A stretch of 64,000 nt of DNA, taken from contig OZ025695.1 in the NCBI GenBank assembly GCA_964019335.1, positions 248,001 through 312,000 on the forward strand, read 5' to 3'. The translations under genes and the position numbers were made by a program. Shown one piece after another: positions 12,101 to 21,945 of the stretch (its first letter is position 1; each line of letters begins with the position of its first letter). A model generated the notes under the pieces. That model saw only the letters and a program-made list of their open reading frames with translations. It did no database searches and was not told the origin of the DNA. Source of the DNA: Diplonema japonicum. Its lineage: Eukaryota; Protista; Euglenozoa: Diplonemea.

Positions 12101-13241
12101 CTCCCGCAAGGATGTGCGAGACTTTCCGCTTCACCTCGGCGATGCACTTCTGCCAGCCCACTGCCGCACCTGTCGCCTCAACCACAGATTTCGCCGACAG
12201 GCACTTCTCCTTTGGTTGTCGCGCCACGCTTCTCCCGACGTAGGCCCTCCGTCTCACCGCTGGCAGGTCCCCGATGCAGCATTCCTCCGAAACGCACGCT
12301 AACGTACTATACGCATCGTCAATGTCGCCGTCGCCCAGCTTCTGCGCAAATCCCCCGACCTGTAGCAGCTCAGCAACTCGGTCACCATCAGCAGCTTCCA
12401 TCGGCAACTCCCTCGGGACGAAGTATTTCCTCGTCATGCACTTGAGGGCCGGGATCCGGAGCTGGATTGAGAGGCAGCGGTGCTCGTTGGTGTAGACTGC
12501 GTCGTGTACCCACACCTTCTGTAGGCCTGCCGCCGCGATCGGGTTCAGCAGAACGTAGTCGATACGCGTCTTCGTGTTGGTGGCCTGCCTGGCAAAGGTG
12601 TGGCATGGTTCCACGCCATCCCTCTCGGCTTGCAGCATAGCAGCATCCACCCAATCGCTCCCCACCGCCTGTTGTAGCACTCCCGACTGTGACACCGCGG
12701 TGTTGAAATCGCCTGCCACGATGATCGGTACGTCACCGAGGACGCATCTCATCTTGTTCAGGACCTTATCCAGCAGAGCCTCCCGCTGGTGCTTGCCGTG
12801 ACCGCCCGAGTGACAGTAGACTACGATCAGGTGTAACCACATATCTCGACCATCTAGGTTGATCATCGAGTGTACCCACCTGTTGTCGTCAGCTCTTCCT
12901 GCCGTATCTTTTACCAGAGCAGGTCGGCGTCGCTGCACCAGCAGACCCACCCCGCCCCTCTTCGCCTTATCAGGAGACGCGAGTCCATCGACCACGATGC
13001 CTGGTTGCGGGCTCCCCCACAACGCGCGATACCTACCGTCGTCCTCGACGTGTCTCCCAACCATCTCCTGACCGTGCTCCGTCAGCTTCACTTCCTGCAG
13101 GCATGTCACGTCGCTCCCCATAGCCAGGACCTCGTCAACCTTGTTGCTCAGGGACCCCACATTGAGTGTGGTGATTATGAGCGAATCGGGGTCCCTGGCG
13201 CCACCCGACTGGACGTCCCTCCGGACGTCCCAGTCCGCACT
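9123..13241 (-). CDS. LINE ORF2: AP endonuclease, reverse transcriptase, C-terminal zinc finger
   Basis: EN motifs IITTLNV, CLQEVK, AGDFN, RIDYVL and NEH; RT motifs APGVDGW, QHGF, DFVKCFD, GILQGCPIS and YADD; CDVC..EHALWEC. The frame is open back to the ORF1 stop, with no ATG before EN motif I. Confidence 0.92.
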   Translation of the reverse strand, partial: SADWDVRRDVQSGGARDPDSLIITTLNVGSLSNKVDEVLAMGSDVTCLQEVKLTEHGQEMVGRHVEDDGRYRALWGSPQPGIVVDGLASPDKAKRGGVGLLVQRRRPALVKDTAGRADDNRWVHSMINLDGRDMWLHLIVVYCHSGGHGKHQREALLDKVLNKMRCVLGDVPIIVAGDFNTAVSQSGVLQQAVGSDWVDAAMLQAERDGVEPCHTFARQATNTKTRIDYVLLNPIAAAGLQKVWVHDAVYTNEHRCLSIQLRIPALKCMTRKYFVPRELPMEAADGDRVAELLQVGGFAQKLGDGDIDDAYSTLACVSEECCIGDLPAVRRRAYVGRSVARQPKEKCLSAKSVVEATGAAVGWQKCIAEVKRKVSHILAGVQDLLDRGLASNMPEQLLRTWANAIKVLAKLPQLPRCEVGLMKDNFETIIIKLQRLDDDLSALARVIAKDARVERERKYEERINTHFKEERKRVTAFVKGTTASATQAVEGDGVLTADLEEMDKMMHKEWDPIFQLYGGDRGEPQYNAFRTRYREYIVSQKMELRPLTGEDLRAVLAKKSTRTAPGVDGWRMAELRAMPVVLLDAWAELFNAVETTGKWPKALLTALVTLIPKGGERTPLNHRPITVTSAVYRLWACARLRDITLWQEKWIDDSQHGFRPKRGTDSILMELSTQLEEALLTGTPLNGIALDFVKCFDRVPQQIAFGLMQDLGLHERILTPLKAMYANLKRRFRFPTGVGSEFRVTNGILQGCPISVIMVNALVSVMVKCVMTEVPGAWSLSYADDVYLLARLAEVLTRATNKVIEFGDRTEMRLNGKKSQGFSTKNEIGPSLVCTGSSFKVAGEIKSLGVNLSMDGNHRLDKLDAAEGRLTRLGALPLGFENKSTMLTSTVLPSCLYGATYAAPSDDQLKKMCTAAVVSLWGPQFGMRNPVSVLSVLLPGHTAHPLSKVIYGTINSLVRESLASPRLRQRVGEIIGLYQDRDDDEVMGPIGVLRNRWLPFLGKGWSFVADLHGDTAVAHKVRQAIRPAVAKRLIEKRSTFVGMEAGACPSTNYWWKKLQARRPLVSFRLRRIISGAVFTTHPRVWGRKLDGPGVENPALACDVCDHRSQTTTSMTEHALWECEPARSVLESEQYAEVKREGLPAATALHGIVPRGADKAGKERARMVQQYLLKVVTVRDARAAEKSKRVLTSNPWDEVTTGRQHDVPTEALLKANGASGAVLTFHLKNVLKWLRGLRWYDGKKKTSVTTMELAIDYEQTTRRSLIGPLDDQDLLTEKAARMRYILGRIQKCSARCGRSAFPANAKSRVHTLRHLGGPTAHGYDRRPLFSSSQTPPYLARLQAVFLAQMPSISSRQTATAGTRQQPQNGDRLV

Positions 13242-15281
13242 TCAATTGAACTCGGTGTCGATGTCCTGGACAGCCAGGGGGGCGACCATCGGGGTTAGCT
13301 GCTGCTGCACAGGTGTCCCGCCAGCTGCCGCGGCACAAAGGGGGGTGCTGTTGGGCATGATCATCGGCGTCATCTCCCTGCCTATTCCAGCGGTGGGGAC
13401 AAGGGCACCTGAGGCCGCTTTCTTGTTGCCCGGCTCGTCCTCGCACTTCCTCTTCCCGCCTGTCTTCCTTGCCGCTTTCGCCTGTGCCTGCATCTCCTTT
13501 TGGATTGAGCCCACCGCCTGTGCGAGGTTGTTCACCGCAGAAGCAATCACGTCCAATTGCTCCAGACGTGCAGCCATCACTCCCATCTGCTCGCTCAGCG
13601 CTTGCACGTTCTGTTGCACGGACATCAACAGGTTGGCCGTCGACGCGTTCTTCCTCTCCATGTCGACGAGCCGGGCCTCCATGGTCTTCCTCTCCTGTTC
13701 GTTCTCCAGTTCCATCCTTCGCGCCCATTCCACGAACTGGTCGGTGGATGCGGTACCGGAGGTCGCAGATGGCGGTGCCGACGCCGGCGCCTGCATCACC
13801 GGTGTCGTCTGCGGTTTGCAGAAATGCGTCGACTGCCCAGACTGCTGCGCTTGCCCAGGCTGCTGTGTCTCGGTCGCTTGTGGTTGAGGTTGAACTCCCG
13901 GTTGGGGTGCTGCAGTTGGATTCGGTGCTGGCCCAGCTTGTCTTCCCCACACGGCGTTCGGCGGCAAGGTGAAGACCGGCGTGTTCTTCACCTCCTTCTT
14001 CTTCTTATTCTTGCCCACCCTCAGCAGGTCCCCTTCCATCGGCTGGATGGCCCACCTCACTCCCTGGACTGTCAACACCAAGCTCCTTGGTTCGGTCGTC
14101 GCAGTCACCACCCACGTCTGTCTGCCACCATGCCTGTGCAGCTTCTTCCTCACCGTTGCTGGCCACCCGGAACGGCTCAGCTTGCCCTCGAGCTCCAGCC
14201 CGTTCATTGCTACCGGGACTCCCTGCACCTCGTAGTGGGCACCCTCCAGCAGGTCTACGGCGGTCGCTGTTGTCTTCAGATCTGCATGGCGGTCCTTGAG
14301 GATCTGCCTTGCGGTGTTGAGTCCGTCCTTTGGCACCCGAACGCCGTACGTGACAGTCTTGCTCGATTTTTTCAGGGTCAAACCCCATCCGCCGATGTCA
14401 TTCTTCATCTTCAGGGCAACCTTCAGAGCCGTGTTCTCCAGCCAGATCACTGGCAGCAGGTCACGCGCCTCCCAAGGCTGCCTGACGAAAACGCCGTCCT
14501 CTCCGCTGCGCGTTAGGATCGCCTTAACGTCTTCCTTCTTTACCGTGATCGGTATTTCTAAAATACCGTCCTTCTTTCTGCCCCTCTTAGCGAGGTACCT
14601 CCCTGCGCGTTCTCTCAGCCATGCCAGCAGACGCGGCCGAGCTTTCTCGGCGTCCTGCGTCGTCTGCGCCAGGAGAAAAAGCTCTGCAGTGCACGTGGGC
14701 TCAGGCTCCTTCTCCTCCGTCTCCTCCATGTCCTCGACAGTCTCGCTAGTGGGCATTGCCGGGTCGCCGTGCCTTGCCGTCACGTACAGGCGCCTGTACG
14801 TCTTGCCACGTCCCTCGTTTGTCACCAGGAGGACCTCCGCCATCTTACCGCAGAAGTAGGGTAATCGTCCCCAGGAAACCACCGTCGCCGCTGCCGTCCC
14901 CTTCAGCCACTCTGCCGCCTGTCGCTCATCACCCTGCGGCACCAGGTACACCGCGCGCTCTTGCACCGTCTCCGGGCCCTGCCACTCCTGCACGTGGACC
15001 TGCCACTCATCTCCATCGAGGCACCCCTCGACGGGCTTGCGTACTTCTTTCTTCTCGGGCTTCGAACCACCCTTGGCCACGCTGCGTAGAGGAATGGGGT
15101 ATCTCGGCCTCGGCTCATACTCATCTGCGTCCGGCTTCCTCGCTCCTTCCTCCCTGCTGAGACACACGTAGTGGTCTCTCACATGAAGGAAAAAAAAAAG
15201 GTTCACGTTTACAGAGAACAACGTGGTTAGCAACGTGTGCCTACCTTTATGAAGAGAAATTCCCTCGGAATTTTCTTTCAT
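13242..15281 (-). CDS. LINE ORF1-like protein (Pro/Gln-rich linker, C-terminal coiled coil); start uncertain
   Basis: 679-aa ORF directly upstream of and in frame with ORF2. The listed ATG lies in AT-rich flank, so the element may be 5' truncated. Confidence 0.75.
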   Translation of the reverse strand: MKENSEGISLHKGRHTLLTTLFSVNVNLFFFLHVRDHYVCLSREEGARKPDADEYEPRPRYPIPLRSVAKGGSKPEKKEVRKPVEGCLDGDEWQVHVQEWQGPETVQERAVYLVPQGDERQAAEWLKGTAAATVVSWGRLPYFCGKMAEVLLVTNEGRGKTYRRLYVTARHGDPAMPTSETVEDMEETEEKEPEPTCTAELFLLAQTTQDAEKARPRLLAWLRERAGRYLAKRGRKKDGILEIPITVKKEDVKAILTRSGEDGVFVRQPWEARDLLPVIWLENTALKVALKMKNDIGGWGLTLKKSSKTVTYGVRVPKDGLNTARQILKDRHADLKTTATAVDLLEGAHYEVQGVPVAMNGLELEGKLSRSGWPATVRKKLHRHGGRQTWVVTATTEPRSLVLTVQGVRWAIQPMEGDLLRVGKNKKKKEVKNTPVFTLPPNAVWGRQAGPAPNPTAAPQPGVQPQPQATETQQPGQAQQSGQSTHFCKPQTTPVMQAPASAPPSATSGTASTDQFVEWARRMELENEQERKTMEARLVDMERKNASTANLLMSVQQNVQALSEQMGVMAARLEQLDVIASAVNNLAQAVGSIQKEMQAQAKAARKTGGKRKCEDEPGNKKAASGALVPTAGIGREMTPMIMPNSTPLCAAAAGGTPVQQQLTPMVAPLAVQDIDTEFN

Positions 15282-15461
15282 TTCTTTGTGTTATTTTCTT
15301 CTTTCTTTCTGATATGAGAAGTGGTATAGAGGGGAAAGGAGGGGGGACCCTTTCTAGGGGCAGTAAGTGTAACGCATTTCTCGACCATAATTTAAACTAG
15401 AGAGTGATGAAAAAAAATCTGCGTTAGTAATAGGTTCAGTTGGGAAAGAAAAACGAGAAAA

Positions 15462-15650
15462 AAAAAAGTTGTCTCGATTTTAGTGGTGCCACGTTTCTTT
15501 AGTGGAGAGGACCATAGAAGCAATAAAACACCAACTGGAGTATTTTGTGGGAGGCATGCTTCACTGTTTCTTTTCTTCAGTCTCCCTCCTAACCACAATT
15601 ACCAGGAACCACCAAGGGAGGTTGGAAACAGTGGTCCCAACAGAGAATGT
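15462..15650 (+). repeat. Structured dispersed repeat, family C (internally deleted copy)
   Basis: Blocks of similarity to 3829-4285; terminal stem GGACCA/TGGTCC preserved. Confidence 0.6.
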
Positions 15651-16177
15651 ACCCAACCCCACGAGAGAAAAAAAGGGGGGTACTCGTGTGCATGGCACGG
15701 TAGTCATACGTAAGTGCGGTGTGGTCTCCTTCCGAGGATATGGCCTTACAACGCTCATCGTCCTCAATAAAAGAAGAAGAAAAACAAGAAGTAAAAGAAA
15801 AAAAAAAAATCTGTGCCACATCGCCGGGACTGGAGTAGGCGAAAGGTTGATCGAACCTGACTTTTCGAGGAGACAGTCCAGACAGATTAACCCCGGCGGT
15901 GTCTTTCAACAGATGTCAAGGTTGCCTTTCATTTCCGTTCGGGCACTCAAACCTCGATCAAAATTTGAAAAGAAAAAAAAAGGAAGAACCCTAGACCACC
16001 AGTGGGGGTAATTTTCTCGTAATTATTTGGTTTACAGTAGCTCATTTTTCGTTCCCCTTGTCCTTTCGGGGAGAGGGAAAGTTTGAAGCTGGAAAGGCTT
16101 GGTCTGGCATCAATTTTGATGCAGGACGGATAAGATATAGGAAAGAAAGCCAGTCAGCGAATTCTTTGTCCTTGTGA

Positions 16178-16792
16178 TCACGCTCTGGCGCTATGCGCAT
16201 GCGGGGCATGGGCAGGGGGAAGATCGTAGGTGACGTGAACATGGTCTCGTTTCTGTTTCTTGTGAATTCTCGTTGTGTCGACTGCGGGTCGGCTCCAGTT
16301 GCTTTTCGGATTTTCAAGGAAACTGCAGCAGCAGCCGCGTTGAGAGTCTTTCCTTGGACAGTTGGAGCAGGACTTGAGCAAAACGTCTGGTACTGCAACT
16401 TCTTCAATTTGGACGAACCCTTTCTGACGGAAACTTTTCAGCAGTTTTTCGTTTCTAAAAGCCACGAAAAGCCTATCTCCCTCGTTTGCTAAGTTGCCCA
16501 GCCTCTCCGTAGCCATCTGTGACAATACTGTGAACACCCCCAATCCATTGAATGTCTCCTTCACCAAAGCATTCCCCAACTCATACACTCCCTCGCCTAC
16601 ATCCATAATCGCAGCCATCCCAATCACCTCCCCTCCTACCTCCGCATAGTAGTGCAACCCCGCGTCGATACTATGGCTTTCATCGAGATGCCAAGACCCT
16701 TTTGCTGCCTCTTCTTGCCTAAAACCTTTAAGTTTCTCCTTGTCCTGTTCTTGGGTCCTGTGTATCCTGATTTTAAGGCGACTGTCGTCCAT
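16178..16792 (-). CDS. GNAT-family N-acetyltransferase (short ArgA-like, CxxC tail)
   Basis: From ATG 16792 (MDDSRL...): EVIGMAAI..YELGNALVKETFNGLG, FRQKGF, CSNCP. The longer ORF call reads through a tRNA. Confidence 0.75.
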   Translation of the reverse strand: MDDSRLKIRIHRTQEQDKEKLKGFRQEEAAKGSWHLDESHSIDAGLHYYAEVGGEVIGMAAIMDVGEGVYELGNALVKETFNGLGVFTVLSQMATERLGNLANEGDRLFVAFRNEKLLKSFRQKGFVQIEEVAVPDVLLKSCSNCPRKDSQRGCCCSFLENPKSNWSRPAVDTTRIHKKQKRDHVHVTYDLPPAHAPHAHSARA

Positions 16793-16824
16793 TGCACCCC
16801 CCCCTGCTGTCGTTTGAAAAAAAA

Positions 16825-16897
16825 TGCGAGGTGCCAGGATCGAACTGACGACCTTAGGATTATGAGACCTACGCGCTGCCGACTGCGCCAACCTCGC
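16825..16897 (-). tRNA. tRNA-Met(CAT), elongator type
   Basis: Cloverleaf GCGAGGT/ACCTCGC, anticodon loop CTCATAA, TTCGATC T-loop, T7 terminator. Confidence 0.95.
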
Positions 16898-16900
16898 TTG

Positions 16901-16913
16901 CGGGAAATTCCCG
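16901..16913. promoter_or_regulatory. Palindrome CGGGAA(A/T)TTCCCG immediately 5' of tRNA-Met (function unknown)
   Basis: Same motif at 24583-24595, a variant at 22713-22727, and an orphan at 19135-19147. Confidence 0.4.
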
Positions 16914-16949
16914 GGATTTTTTGGTGAATAAAAATAATAATAATAAATG

Positions 16950-18637
16950 CTTTTCTCCGAACACTCCAGAGACGTCTTGGAAAGAGGTGAAAGCAGGGTC
17001 AGGCTGCTGAGCTGCCTTGTGGGAACGAGATGGGGTTGCAAGAAGGTGGTGTTGAGGGCTCTGTACCTCACATATGTGCAACCAGTCTTCAGGTACTGCT
17101 TGGGCGTGTACGGGTCATTTCTCCCGAGCGGGAAGAACACGCCCCACGAAGGCATCAAGAAGCTTCAATACAGGGCAGCGGTGAAGATCACAGGCTGCAT
17201 CGCGTCATAAAAACGAGTCACTGATGAGAAAAGTGGACACCGCCGCATACCAAGCGACTCAGCCCCTGGAGGATCTGACCAGGTACGAGAAGCTCCTACC
17301 AAGGAGGACTTGGTCGGACAAACAGAGAGAGGCATCAAAAGCCTACAAACTCCCAGAGAGAACGGGCACACCTCACTCGGGCGCCGTCTTCATGAGGAGA
17401 CTCGCAGTTGCACCCTGGCAAAGATTCGAGGGGCAACTCGTGCTCTCCCCCTTCCTCGACACGCAGGTGAAAAGGACCGACCCAAAAGAGGTCAGGAAAG
17501 AGGCAACAACGGACACCCTGAACAGGTTATGCGAGAAGCACGGCCGGGCATTCTGCATGGTGTTGACGGGTCCGTAAAGGACGGGAAGAACGGAGGCTCG
17601 GCCGCCATCCTGTTGCACAATGGGTCCGATGCTGCCTACGGGATCAGCGGTGGACTGTACTCGACATCCTACAAATGCGAACTCAGGGCCCTGAGGCTAG
17701 GGATCCGACTGGCGACAAGACTCTCAGAGAGGAAGCTTGCAAGCCAAGGGATGGTTCTGGTATGCACAGATTCGCAGTCAGTGATACGGAAGATGTGCCA
17801 GGGACACATGTCAGCAGCCTCCAAAGATGACTATGAGCTCTGGCAGGAGGTCGCGAGCTTGATAGGCAGAGGCCACAAGCTAATCGTTCAGTACGTCCCG
17901 AGTCACTGCGGGTACAAGTGGAACGAGATGGCAGACCAAAGGGCGAAAGAGGCGAGCAAAGGACTGGCCCACACCCGTGAAACAGACATTGAGGTGGTTA
18001 AAACACTGGTGAGGAAACATGTCATCAGAAGCCACCTCCGCCTATGGAAGGATACGGGCGTTACAAAGACGTACAGGGAGCTGTTTGCCGGAAGCTTCGA
18101 GAAGTTCGAGGAGCTAGACAGAAAGAAGGAAGTGGCGATCATGAGGCTGAGGGTGGGGAAGAGCCCACTCACTTGCGGATACCTACTCATACCCCCAGTC
18201 GAGGAGGTCCCGTGCCATCTATGTTCGCAACCCCAGACTCTAAGCCACCTCCTACGGGAATGCCAAGACGAAAAGAGGATCGACCAAAGGAGTCAGATCT
18301 TCGGTAGCTCTCTTCCTTCCCTCAAAGTCCTCCTGTCGACCGACGCCTGTAAGACCGCCCAGCTCTTGGAGCGGCAGGGATCACTGTGAAAAAAGTTTAC
18401 AGTTTATATTATATTATATTCTCCAAACATTGAGGTCTGATGTTGTTATACGACTTCAGACAGCAATTGTTTCTGAATCAATCTCTCGACTCTGGCTTCA
18501 CTCCTATCCTTTCTTTTCCTCTCCCTCCCCAGTGTCTTCCCTTATTTTCCACTACCAGGCCCCTGTCCCCCGCCCCCAGTGTTATTTAAATTTTAACTCA
18601 CCTCTAATATAGAAAGAAAAAAAAAAAAAAAAAAAAG
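16950..18637 (+). mobile_element. 5'-truncated, frameshifted ingi/I-like LINE (post-RT region, RNase H, CCHC, A tail)
   Basis: GTRWGC..LRALYLTYVQP; DGSV..CELRAL..CTDSQS..YVPSHCG..NEMAD; CHLC..SHLLREC; pyrimidine-rich 3' UTR and poly(A). Confidence 0.85.
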
Positions 18638-18802
18638 AACAGTTAAATCAAACTTTGGTGTACACGATCGAGCTTGATTTGAAATCCTTTATTTTGAGAA
18701 GAAAAAAAAAAAAATTGAAGAACGAAACTTAATTGAATTGAATTTTGGCTCCCGAAAGCCCAACAAGTCCAGCAGATGGTGGAGTTTCACAGTCAGCTGG
18801 TT

Positions 18803-19130
18803 AATTTTTCACAATTGAAACTCAAAGTTCTTAAAATCTGGGAGGTCGTCTCTTGTTACTAGGGGCGGCTAATGCCTCGAGACCCAGGTGCTGCCTGGTG
18901 GGTGGGATCGGTTTTATTTTAATATGAAAAGAGCGTGGTGAGGGGGTCCAAGTAATTTACTACAGGGAGCAGCGGACCGGGGCCCCTCGACCAATGGCTC
19001 AGTAACAGAGATTGCTTTTCACGAATCACTTTCGAACACTTCTCTTGGTTTGATATCCCTTTCCCTACCCCTTGAATTGTCTTCTCTACTCCCTGGTAGT
19101 GGAATATTAATTATTATTATTATTAAAAAA
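18803..19130 (+). repeat. SINE-like structured element, family A copy 1, (ATT)n-A tail
   Basis: Near-identical to 20223-20580; long-range stems TCTCTTGTTACT/AGTAACAGAGA and GAGGGG/CCCCTC. Confidence 0.75.
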
Positions 19131-19150
19131 GTCACGGGAATTTCCCGTAA

Positions 19151-20222
19151 TCAGGGGACACCGGTGGTCCTCCAGTTTGTGCCCTCCCGCTGTGGGGTGA
19201 ACGGGAACGAGAAGGCTGACGCTCTGGCCGGGGAGGGAACGAAGCGGAAGCAGGACAGGCCCTCCCTTGACTACCGATCAGTGAGGGCCCTGGTGCGACG
19301 GTGGGTGGTGCGGAGGTCCGCGGAGCTCATAACATCCCTCGCCCACAACTACGCGGTGGCGACCGAGCTTCGGTCTGCGCACTTCCCCCTTGGCTTCCCC
19401 AGACAAGCTGAAACGGTCATCTCGCGGCTGCGGATTGGTCACTCGGCTCTCTTCTTCGGCTTCCTGCAGACTGCTGGCCCGAACAGGAAGCACAAGGGTG
19501 TGCTCCGGTGCCCAGCCTGCCACGCAGCACCGATGTCCAGGGAGCATGTTGTCGGTGGGTGCCCTGTGATCGGGAGGGGGGCGATCGACACTCCTGCTGG
19601 TACTCCCTCCCTAGCGTTCTCCCTGTCGAGACGCGTGACCCAGATCTACGACCTCATTGTTGAGTCTGGCCTGCTCGCCTGGTCACGCTCCGGATCACCT
19701 CGCCATCATCCCTGGCGTCTACAGACGTCACTGCACCTTCAAACGTGCCGCCCCCTCCTCCGGTCTCTCTTGACGCCGGTCCCGCGGCCCGTGCTGCGCT
19801 AAGGGATCGCCCCGTGTGTGTGTGTTAAATGGAATGTTGTGTTTCCCACTTTCCTTTCCCTTCCTTCCCCTTCCTCTCACTGTTTCCCATTTCCCCTTTT
19901 TTTTCACACTCACCAATGATTCGCTCAATAGGAGCAATACCTCCCTGGGGGGCTTTTCGCCGGAGGTTCCAGCCAAAGAAGGACATCCAGCTGGAAGGTA
20001 GGCCCCCGTTTTTCTCTCACTTGACTGAGGGAATAATGTAATTCAGCCCTCTTCGGCTGTCCCAAAGCAGAGCACGGGTTGGTGGGGGACCAGGGCTCCT
20101 CCTGCTTGCAGAAGCCTGGTCCTTTGCCCTCCCTATTTCCCCATGGTTTCCCTTCACCTTTTTTACCCCTTTTCTCAGGTGTTGCTCTCCATGGCGGCCC
20201 TGCATTGGTATTTTGAAAAAAA
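19151..20222 (+). mobile_element. 5'-truncated RNase H-bearing LINE fragment with structured 3' region
   Basis: LQFVPSRCGVNGNEKADALA..SRLRIGHS..CPAC..EHVVGGC. Confidence 0.8.
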
Positions 20223-20580
20223 AATTTTTCACAATTGAAACTCCTCCAAAGTTCTTAAAATCTGGGAGGTCGTCTCTTGTTACTAGAGGCGGCTAATGCC
20301 TCGAGACCCAGGTGCTGCCTGGTGGGTGGGATCGGTTTTATTTTATTATGAAAAGAGCGTGGTGAGGGGGTCCAAGTAATTTACAACAGGGAGCAGCGGA
20401 CCAGGACCCCTCGACCAATGGCTCAGTAACAGAGACTGCTTTTCACGAATCACTTTCAAACACCTCTCTTGGTTTGAAGTGATGTCCCTTTCCCTTTCCC
20501 TTGAATGGTTTTCTCTACTCCCCTTCGATCCTCCCGCCTGGTAGTGGAATATTTATTATTATTATTATTTAAAAAAATTG
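20223..20580 (+). repeat. SINE-like structured element, family A copy 2
   Basis: Near-identical to 18803-19130; (ATT)n-A tail. Confidence 0.75.
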
Positions 20581-20613
20581 CCCCGTATCATTTCCCTTTG
20601 TTTTGAATTTTCT

Positions 20614-20982
20614 AAGGCTCCGCCGCCCAACAAAGCTGGCTGAAGGGGATGCCTCCGTGCCAGTGTGCCGCTCGTGAGGGCGAGCACGGACGACTCCTCA
20701 AAAACCCGGAGGTTCGCCCGAAGGGTGCTGGCTTGGGAAGCGGGCTGGAGAGCTGCCGGGGTCACGGAGGTGGGCGAAGTCGCGAACACTGGAGCCCACG
20801 AACCGGCCCCACCTCCGTCCTCGGTACGTATGGATAGTTTAGCGGAAGTTTCAAGGTTATCACATTCCTTTCCCCCTTTCGTTAGATACAGGGAGACCCT
20901 TGGTCCACCTGTTCTGTCCCCCCCCCAGCCTTTGCTTCGCACGTCAGTGGTTCATTTATTATTATTATTATTAAAAAAATTG
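20614..20982 (+). repeat. SINE-like structured element, family B copy 1
   Basis: Diverged homologue of 21946-22338; tail CAGTGGTTCATTT(ATT)nAAAAAAATTG. Confidence 0.75.
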
Positions 20983-21294
20983 CAGGGGGTTGGGGTACAC
21001 ATAAAAAAAAGAACAACAACATGGTGTGAAGTATCCTGCGCTGTCCTCCTCGTGGTGGCCCCTGGGACCGCAGGCCAGGGAGGGCTGTGGTGCGAAAGCG
21101 CGAAGGCGTGTCGGGGAGTGTGCCGGAACGAAGACGGTCTGTTTGGCACAAGCCGCTATCGGGGCACCGGTAGCGGGGGTGTAAGACCACTCAGACTCGG
21201 TCTGAGCAAAAGGCATTCTCTCCCATCGCGCGGCGTGTGCGTGGTTGCGTGCGGCGGCGACACCCACCGTTCCTGTTCATTCCACCAGCGTCGA

Positions 21295-21740
21295 GAGGCT
21301 GAGACCGATCTCGCGCACAGTGGAGGCCACAGGTTGTTCCCGGCGCCCTTGTAGCGTTGTCAGTCCTACCCCAACTGAAAGGCCAGTCAGGACACAGGCT
21401 AACTGGGTACAGGTACTCGGACAACGGTGGGATGAACAGGAGCGGTGAGTTGTGGCTGGTGTCGCTGGTGAGTGGCGTACGGTTTGTTTGTGCTGGTTCC
21501 GCTGTGTTGTGGTGTGATGCGGGCGGCGGCGTCGCCCAGTGTTCCAGCGTACCCCATCCGAGAGACGTGAGGCTGAGACCGGTCTCGCGCGGAGTGGAGG
21601 CCACAGTGTTGATCCCGGCGCCCTTCAGGCAATGACCGCCCTGTCGCAACTGGAAGGCCAGACAGATCGGTAGCCGAACTGGGTACAGATAAACGGATCG
21701 ACGGTGGGGTGCACGGGGACACTGGAAGAGAACTGGTGGC
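21295..21740. repeat. Imperfect tandem duplication, period about 274 bp
   Basis: GAGGCTGAGACCG.TCTCGCGC..AGTGGAGGCCACAG...AACTGGGTACAG occurs at about 21295 and 21569. Confidence 0.65.
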
Positions 21741-21945
21741 GGTGGAGGTGCGCTGGTCTGTCTGCGTGGCGTGTGCTGCTGGGTGCGAGGCGTGCTGTGC
21801 CGGGCCGGCAAGAAGTAGAAGTAGATTTAAACTTTTTTAGTAATAGTACTCTCATCCCCCATGTCTTCCCTTTTTTTTGCCCTGTCGTGCACCCCAACTT
21901 CTTTCCTCCTCTCTGGTTATGTTTTCCTTACAATTTTATTTTCCA

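Larger units (their letters stand above)
9075..15281 (-). mobile_element. Non-LTR retrotransposon (APE-RT-CCHC), apparently intact ORF1 + ORF2; ends approximate
   Basis: GC-rich block with two long uninterrupted ORFs; a 5'-truncated relative lies at 63093-63732. Confidence 0.9.

Noticed and set aside
16178-17158. 326-aa ORF containing a tRNA
   Set aside because: The upstream part is antisense LINE plus tRNA sequence; the GNAT starts at 16792.
18940-19000. CAGGGAGCAGC resembling SRP RNA helix 8
   Set aside because: Lacks the GNRA-capped stem between CAGG and AGCAG; the unit is duplicated and has a retroposon-type tail.
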